This document shows, piece by piece, positions 55,339-64,000 of a stretch of DNA of 64,000 nt (its first letter is position 1; each line of letters begins with the position of its first letter). A program made the translations under genes and the position numbers. The DNA is taken from NCBI RefSeq assembly GCF_009914755.1, contig NC_060929.1. One strand, written 5' to 3'. This DNA is from the human T2T-CHM13v2.0 reference genome, Homo sapiens. The notes beneath the pieces are model-generated. The model was given only the letters and a program-made list of their open reading frames with translations, ran no database searches and was not told the origin of the DNA.

Positions 55339-57909
55339 GTACGTAGCTGGATTAATTAAAAAATTTAAAAGGCATTTATCTTTTAAGCCTTAATTAAATG
55401 GCATGAAATTGCTTCAGCTTTTCACTTTATAGGAAAATGCACAGGTTAAGACTGTTGTGTGCGTTTCTTTTCTTGTTCAGCCTTTGTAGAAAAGCTCTTC
55501 GTCTCTCAAGGTGAGAACACGAAAGGCTTATATGTCTCAAAACTTATGGATTCTCTAAATTACTTGTCTTATCTCTTTCAACTCTTTGTTTAAAGTAGCA
55601 GATATTTTTCATTAGGGTGAACAGAGAAGAAACAAAGGGAAACTGTAAAACACAAGCTAAATAACACATGTGCAGTGTATGATTTTGTGAAGAAAGAGAT
55701 TGTAACTGATTACTAAATCTGTGTTTTTATATTACAGGTAACATAGTAACTTTTGTAAATATCTTCATATTGTATGGTTCAGTACCACCAGGCTTCTAAC
55801 ACGTACTGATTAACAGCCATAAGGCTATTAATTTATACTGATTAATAGCCAGTAATAGTGACGTTACTTTGTTGGTGTGAATAGCCCTAATTATGTCTGT
55901 TCTGGAAATGTCCTGTAACAGGTTCCATGTGAAATAGGCCGTTTATGAGTTGTTTAAGAAATGCCCATTTGGAGCCATGTGACTAGATTATTTTTTTGAA
56001 CACTTGGGTGTAATTTAATTCTTAACCAAAAGGAATATCCTGTTCAAAACCTGGAAGTAGTTTTCACAGTGGGTTGGCAGGATTTAGGAACTGGATTTTT
56101 CGTATTGTGGAGAAAAGTGGGTTTGAGATATCAAAGGTATTTGGACAAAATGGACAGTATCTTGGTTTAGCCAGTAAATTTCTGGTTTTCATTCTAGGTA
56201 TATTCTGCTTTCTAAAGAATCCTGATGAAGGAATTATATATAACCTTGAGTGTTCTCTAATTTGTTGGAGGAGAGGTCAAGTTGAGGACAGAAATTCCAG
56301 GTTGCAAATTCCAGGACCAAATACTTTATAACTAGAAATTACTAGGAATTAATCTTTTTTTTTTTTTTTTTTTTTTTTTTTGCAAGACGGAATCTTGATC
56401 TTGTCACCCAGGCTACAGTGCAATGGCACTATCTTGGCTCACTGCAGCCTCTGCCTCCTGGGTTCAAGCGATCTCCTGCCTCAGCCTGCCGAGTAGCTGG
56501 GATTACAGGCACGTGCCACTATGCTTGGCTAATTTTTGTATTTTTAGTAGAGGCAGGGTTTCACCATGTTGGCCAGGCTGGTCTCCAACTCCTGACCTCA
56601 GGTGATCCATCCGCCTCGGCCTCCCAAAGTGCTGGGATTACAGGCGTGAGCCACTGTGCCCGGCCGAATTAATCTACTCTTTTACTACCTTGTCTCATGT
56701 AAACCTGTGTAATTTCCCATTGGGTCCACCTTAGGAAACCGTCTTTAAGGTTTTCTCCGTAAAGAAAGTACCAGTATACTCTTTCATGGTCAAGTACAGA
56801 TTGTGGAACTGATAACTTTTAAGGTAAGGAAAATTGGATATTGCCAATATCTGGATTTTATGTATCTATCATAAAATTTGTCACATAGGAGATGGTAGAA
56901 GACCATAGTTAATGTGGAGTAACGTTTTATATAGCTAATCTCTACTTAAGAAACCTTTCATTCAGAGTATGAAGAAAATGATTTAAAATTTTGTGGAGGT
57001 CCCCTTATTTCTGTTACAGTAATAGTTTTACTGTATTTTGTGAAACTCTACAGTCTCTTTAAAAAAATGATTATGTTGTTTATGATAATTGTTTTGATGT
57101 CATTTTTATTTTCATCAAAATCAATGTGAAATGTATTAGAAAAAGGCATAGAAATTCATAGGCGTTTCATTTACTTCCTCAACTCTAGATGTCTTTCAGA
57201 ATACCTATATTGGTGAGCATAGAACGAATGCGTCGGAATGATTTTCCTCTACTTGAAGCCTACCTTCTTTAAAAAGAGCCTGACTTGAGGGCCAAAATTC
57301 ATACTGAGGAGAGGCTGACAGATCCTTTGTTTTGCAGGGGCTCCAGAGCTTGATATATTTCTGGGAATTTGGAATATGCTAAACTAGATTTCTGCCCTAG
57401 ACTAAACATCTGGCTGTGGACTCAATCTAAGTTTTTAAGCTGGGGATAATTTGGTCATTAACTTGGTAGAGTAGTTCTGAGCCACAAGTCATCTTTAGAC
57501 TTAGTTTGGATTTGGCTGTGTAAGAGATGAAAACAAGGTGAGGCCTGGGCTCTTGATGTCATTTTGCATCTTCAAATCTTAATATACATGGACCTTATTC
57601 AGTTATAGAGGAAAAACAGCATATTTTTTATAGGTATAAACAAAAGTATCTAGGCTTTTTGCTATGAACCGATTTAAATAAACCTGAAAGTACAAGATTT
57701 TAATTCTAGTTTTTCTGAATACATATTTCTTCCATTCACTAGATTTGTAGTGTCTATTCCAACAAAATGAACTATCAAGCAAAATTTGTTACAGTGAATT
57801 GTATTTAATATCATTTTCTCATAAATCCTATGAAGTAGGATCCTATGTTTTATGGGAAATTAGGTTAGGGAACCAGAGTAAAAAAGGCCAAGAAGGAGTG
57901 TGAGCCTGA

Positions 57910-58684
<775 letters not shown>

Positions 58685-59299
58685 TGACCTTAGGTGATCC
58701 ATCTGCTTCGGCCTCCCAAAGTGCTGGGATTATAGGCGTGCAGCCTAATTTTGTATTTGTTGTAGAGATGGGGTTTTACCGTGTTGCCCAGGCTGGTCTT
58801 TAACTCCTGGGCTCAAACAATCTGCCTGCCTCAGCCTCCCAAGGGATTACAGGCATGAGCAACTGCCCAGCCCAGGATTATTGTATGTATTTTTGCTAGG
58901 GGATTCCCTGGAATGCTGCTTAGTTCAAGATATTTCCATTTCCTCTGAAGAAGCTAGGGTGTACAGGTGAGGAAATATGACAGGATTATTTTCTTTTTTA
59001 AAAATCTCTTGTAAAAAGACATAAGGGTCTGCTAAAGAAAGTTGACAGACTCTTGTTTTCTGGAGGTTAACCTTGTCTCTGGTCCAAATTAGAGTCAGGC
59101 ATTTAGGATGAGGTCTGATGATGGTTCATAGAATTTTGTCCACAATCTGTTATGAACCCTGGACTGGTGAGCCTTGTTATCTGTGGCCAACCTAGGGAAT
59201 TTTAATCTTATGGAATTGAAAAAACAAGGAACAATGTTTGTGAGGGATTTATTAATTTCTTCCCAGATTTTTCTTTTTCTCCCCTGTTGTCTCTCATAG

Positions 59300-61300
59300 T
59301 TTTTCCAGCCCTCCTAGTCACAATCCCCAGAGGCAGCTACTTCAATTCTTCTGGCTACCTAGTTTTACTTTACTCTGTTGTTTAAAAAAAAAAAGAAAAG
59401 AAAAAAGAATAAAGCTTCTATAGTTCATTCTTTTGATTTATTTTTACTGAAAATGAGAATTTAGCACTTTTTGTACCCTCTTGTCATCCTCCATATAAAA
59501 CTTGTGATATATAAACACAAATGTATAAGGTAGTGTCATATATAAATAATATATAATAAATTTTATATAGTAACTCAGTTTTAAAAAAATCAGTATATTC
59601 ATTCTTTGTAAGAATCAGGTAACTGATTATATTGCCTTTTTTATATTACCTATTGAGTGTTTTTTTCTTTGGTAATTTATTTTTAACTAGCTACTTTTCT
59701 GTATTTCTAAAATTATTTCTACTCTGTTAACAGAACTTATCTCTATGGTCAAATACATCAGATAATCCACCAGTTGATTTTTCTTTTCTTAGATATCTTC
59801 TTGAAGCCCTGCATCCTCCCATTCTAATTTGAACTGTTAGCTTCCCATCACTGTCATCTCGGGTAATTTACTTTGTTTCTGCCCTACATCAGATCTCCCT
59901 TTTTCTAGATTCCAGGTTTTCTTTTTCTTTTTTGATAACTTAAATGTCTAAGAATGTTTCTAGTTGCCTTTGCATTGATAGTACAGCTAGGTATAGAATT
60001 ACAGCCTGAGAGCATTTCCGTCAGAGATTTGAAGTCATGAGTCCATGTCCTGTGCTATTGAGAAGTCCAAAGCCATTTTGATTTCTTGCCGTTTGTTTAT
60101 AACATTTTCCCTCTTTGAATATTTTATAAACTTCCTTTTTTTGTGTGATATTCTGAAACTTCAATATAATATACCTTGACATGTAACTTTTTTACTGTGC
60201 TTTGTACCCTTTAGATCCTTTCAGTCTGGGGATTGGTGTCTTTCAGTCTTTGGCATTTTTTTTGTTTTATTTATTAGGTAATGTCCTGTATTTTTTCTGT
60301 TCTTTCTGGACCTTCTGTTACAATGTTAGATCACATAGTTTAATACTTTTTGTTTTCTCTTCTGTTGTCTTGCCTCCTTCCTGCCCCTACCACCTTTTCC
60401 TTTTCGTTCTTTCTAATACATTTCCTCAAAGTTATCTTTTAAATTTCTGCTGGGTAGTTTTGCTTTCAATTTTATAATTTCCCAGAGCCTGTTTATTTTA
60501 TTTTTGTGAGATAGGGTCTTGCCTTGTGTCCCAGGGTGGAGTGCAGTGGCATGAACATGGTTCACTACAGCCTTGACCTCCTGGACTCAAGCAATCCTCC
60601 CACCTCAGCCTCCTGTGTAGCTGGGACCATAGGCAAACACTACTGTGCCTGGCTAATTTTTTTGATTTTTTTTTTTTATAGAGACAGGGTCTCACTTTGT
60701 TGTCCAGGCTAGTCTTGAACTCCTGAGCTCAAGTAGTCTTCCCACCCCGGCCTCCCAGAGTGCTGGGATTGTAGGTGTGAGCCACCACATCCGGCCCCTT
60801 TCTTTTTAAATAGCATATTCTTGTTTTATATATGCAATGTCTTTTCATTAATCTGAGTTTTTTTTTTGAGTGTTCATTTGTTCCTGACATCGTTTCTGTT
60901 TATTCCCAGGTTTTATTTTTCTTCTGGTGATCCATGGATGCCTATTTTAAGTGAGAATATCAGGAGTCTAATTAGAAACTCTAAAAGTATGTGGGTAGGG
61001 CCTGTCAACTAGTTGGCTTCATGTTAAGTTGATTAGTTAGCTACCTTGACATTTTCTTGATGGACTCCCAAGTATTATTATGTTCTCTTGTTACTACGTT
61101 ACATAGTTTCTCTCTCATTTTGTTTTTTCATAAGAGTTTTCTAATTGCTTGCTTTGAGAAAGTGGGCTGAGGGGTCCTATTTTTCTTTGTAGACTTTACC
61201 TGATCCTCATTTTCAGTTTATTACTTTATCCTATCCTTTGCAAGACTACAGCCTTGATATATTGGTCACTGCAAAGAATAAATATCTACTCTCCTCCCTG
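59300..61300 (-). mobile_element. Highly decayed L1ME-type fragments in TENT2 intron 1
   Basis: ccccagaggcagctacttt, gatagtacagctaggtatagaatt, gctattgagaagtcc motifs; T-rich. Confidence 0.5.
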
Positions 61301-61911
61301 GATCAGTGAAGGATTCTGATTGCTTTGTACAATTTTTCCCTATTCCTGTGGAACATAGCCCTCTTTTATTGGAAGTCTTTTATATAAATTATGTAGACTT
61401 TGAGGGGAATCTCAGAATCTTATAAATTGTTAAGACAATATAAAATCCATTCCTTATTTGATCAGACCTGTAAGATCCAAATTCTAGGAATCAGGATGTC
61501 ATGTGATGGTTTATACCTTTGTATAAATTAGTTTGAGAATAAATGTAATAATCTGTGGGATTTTATTAATGTCAGGTGATAACTTGGATTTCTAAAAGAT
61601 TTGTTGATACGAGGGTAAAAGTATTAGGGTAAATTAATCAGAAAATTAGAAATGTGCATATATCTTGCTGTTTGAATTATGTTAATCTTAGATTTGGAAT
61701 TTATTATTAGTTTTCTTTTGTTACCTACAGTGGCACTTAGGAGACCTATTTAACTTTGCAAATAAAATTTGTAACTTGATAACTAATTGTTTTAAGTTAG
61801 TGGATAATAGTTATCAAAGTGTTTAGTGTCTTTAAGCTATGATAATTTAATATTGTCTTTTTAAATTATCCTAGGTAGAAGAATACATGTTCACTTCCAG
61901 TGAACAAGAGC

Positions 61912-62048
61912 ATGTTCCCAAACTCAATTTTGGGTCGCCCACCCTTCACTCCAAATCATCAACAACATAATAACTTCTTTACCCTGTCACCTACTGTTTA
62001 TTCACACCAGCAGCTTATAGATGCACAATTCAACTTTCAGAATGCAGA
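61912..62048 (+). CDS. TENT2: TENT2 (PAPD4/GLD2) first coding exon, aa 1-45 plus 2 nt
   Basis: agcATG at 61912 translates MFPNSILGRPPFTPNHQQHNNFFTLSPTVYSHQQLIDAQFNFQNA, which I recognise as the N-terminus of human GLD2/TENT2. It ends at the canonical donor GA|gtgagt (62049). The exon's 5'UTR part probably starts at 61875 after cctag. Confidence 0.95.
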
Positions 62049-62256
62049 GTGAGTATGGTGATATTTTGGCCCATGTTGTTGGTAAATTTCATTTTCTATT
62101 TGACATAAACCCTTTTTGTATGAAACTTTTGAACATGGAGAATATGTCGTCACATTTTTTTTTGATACGGATGTATTTAATTTTTTTTCAGAGACTGGTT
62201 TTGTTTTTAAAGAAAAAATATGTATAAATTACTGTTCTTTTCTTTGATTTTGTTAG

Positions 62257-62346
62257 CTTGTCTAGAGCTGTGTCATTACAGCAGCTGACATATGGAAATG
62301 TCAGTCCAATACAGACCTCAGCTTCCCCATTATTTCGAGGAAGGAA
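62257..62346 (+). CDS. TENT2: TENT2 second coding exon (90 nt, phase 2-2)
   Basis: Polypyrimidine tract plus ttag acceptor (62255-56). Continues the frame as (D)LSRAVSLQQLTYGNVSPIQTSASPLFRGR(K), matching GLD2 aa 46-76. Donor AA|gtaagt at 62347. Separated from the previous exon by a 208-nt intron. Confidence 0.95.
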
Positions 62347-62678
62347 GTAAGTACTTCTTAATTATTTTAAAAGAATATTTTTGCATTTCTGAGAACTCTG
62401 TAATGATGTATCTTGAATTAATATTGTATGGACCCTAAGCCCTATGTTTTGTTTTCTGGGACCTGTACGATCAGATGAGTCATGGAATTTTAACATTTTT
62501 ATGCGTTTAAAAATTTTAGGTGTTCTTTTGTTGATTTGTTCCTGCTTTATTGTATGTTTGTTTCTGCCCTACATCAGATCTCCCCTTTTCTATATCCCAG
62601 GTTTTCTTTTTCTAGAATAAAGCTGTTTCCTCAGAAAACCACTTTTTAATTGAGATTTTTTAACTAAATGAGATGGCC

Positions 62679-63055
62679 TGTATTCATTTGCTAGGGTAGG
62701 GTTGCCATAACAACGTACCACACATTGGGTGGCTTACACAACAGAAATTTATTTTCTTACAATTCTGGAGGCTAGATCAAGGTGTTGGCAGGGTTGGTTT
62801 CTTCTGAGGCTTCTTTTCTTGCCTTGTAGATGGCTGCTTTGTCACTGTGTCTTAATATGGCCGTTGCCCTGTGTTTTCTGTGTCCTCATCTCTTCTTCTA
62901 AGGACACCAGTCATATTGGATTAACGTTCATCTTAAAGACCCCACTTTAACTTAGGTAACTTTTCAGAGGTCCTATCTCCAAATACAGTCACATTCTGAG
63001 CTACTGGGGCTTAGGACTTCAACATCTGAATTTCTAGGGGGACACAATTATAGCA
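62679..63055 (-). mobile_element. MLT1A-like MaLR LTR in a TENT2 intron
   Basis: gttgccataacaacgtaccac...gaaatttattttcttacaattctggaggctag...ccaaatacagtcacattctgag...ggacttcaacat...gggggacacaatt. Confidence 0.8.
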
Positions 63056-64000
63056 TTTTCTTTCTAGTAAACTTTATGTTTTTCTTTTGATTTATCTACA
63101 TCTCACACAGGTAAGGTTCCATGATAACAAATATTGTAGTGAAAATTTCTGTGTGACATAAAACTTCCTATAGTCAAGTCAGGAGTCAATTAATTTTAAT
63201 CTTTGATTAAAAGAAATTCATTTATTTAAAAACAGAACTTGAGAGGTAGTTATTGAAATAACATTCGGCAATATTTGAAAGATACCACTATTACTTAAAA
63301 ACCTATATAAACATTCTATAACCTTTATGTCCTATTAAAAAAAACACTATCAGTGAACAAGGTGCTGTAAAAAAAAAAAATAACACTAGCTAGGAGTTAT
63401 TGCTTATTATGTAGTAATCATTATTTTAAGCCTTTACAACTAACGGTTTGATTAAATCACGTAACACTGAGGTAGATACTATTATCCCTTGCCTGTTGAG
63501 GAGAAAGCTGACTCACACAAAGGTTAAGTAACTACTTACTCAGAAGTGACATAGCTAGGATTTGAAATGTTGTATGTCTCTGAGTCATATGCTTAAAAGC
63601 ACTACAGGTTGTTCTTCAAAATTGTCATTGAGAAAAGTTTTATAATAATTCTAATAGTATTGACTTTATTCAGATTTTATTTTTTAGAAATTGCCTTTAT
63701 AGCCAATTTGTGAATTAAGAATGAAAATAAGCTCCCTTAGGCCGGGCGCAGTGGCTCACACCTGTAATCCCAGCACTTTGGGAGGCCGAGGCAGGCAGAT
63801 CACGAGGTCAGGAGATCGAGACCATCCTGGCTAACACAGTGAAACCCCATCTCTACTAAAAATACAAAAAATTAGCCGAGTGTGGTGGCACATACCTGTA
63901 ATCCCAGCTACTCAGGAGGCTGAGGCAGGAGAATGGCATGAACCCAGGAGGTGGAGCTTACAGTAAGCCAAGATCCCCCCACTGCACTCCAGCCTGGGCA

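Noticed and set aside
54377-55393. ORFs across the promoter
   Set aside because: Mostly non-ATG starts in GC-rich, stop-poor sequence with no recognisable protein. The real TENT2 start is at 61912.
62021-62227. 68-aa ORF MHNSTFRMQSEY...
   Set aside because: Out of frame with TENT2 and reads through the splice donor into the intron.

Overview
Human (primate) genomic DNA, not prokaryotic. Bases 1 to ~54,400 are repeat-dense intergenic sequence. They hold about 65-70 Alus, old L1 fragments, MaLR/ERV solo LTRs, two decayed two-LTR ERV1 proviruses lying back-to-back, hAT DNA-transposon relics, a Y3 RNA retrocopy and microsatellites. At ~54.4-55.3 kb there is a CpG-rich promoter with NRF1 and ETS sites and a long G-tract. 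It is followed by the 5' part of TENT2 (PAPD4/GLD2, cytoplasmic poly(A) polymerase) on the + strand: non-coding 5' exon(s) and two coding exons (61912-62048, 62257-62346) encoding MFPNSILGRPPFTPNHQQ...SPLFRGRK. Nearly all ORF-track entries are Alu, L1 or low-complexity artefacts. I found no new multi-gene biological system. The most unusual signals are several template-switch scars: a ~127-bp piece of TENT2 intron 1 copied into an upstream L1 between 71-bp direct repeats, a 57-bp intron-to-intron copy, and a 51-bp-arm fold-back palindrome inside an Alu. Also notable are a provirus with a duplicated U5-PBS-leader, and a TENT2 5'UTR whose uORFs could be switched by splice-site choice. Repeat subfamily names are from memory of consensus sequences and need RepeatMasker/Dfam confirmation. 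Repeat boundaries are approximate unless a target-site duplication (TSD) is cited.
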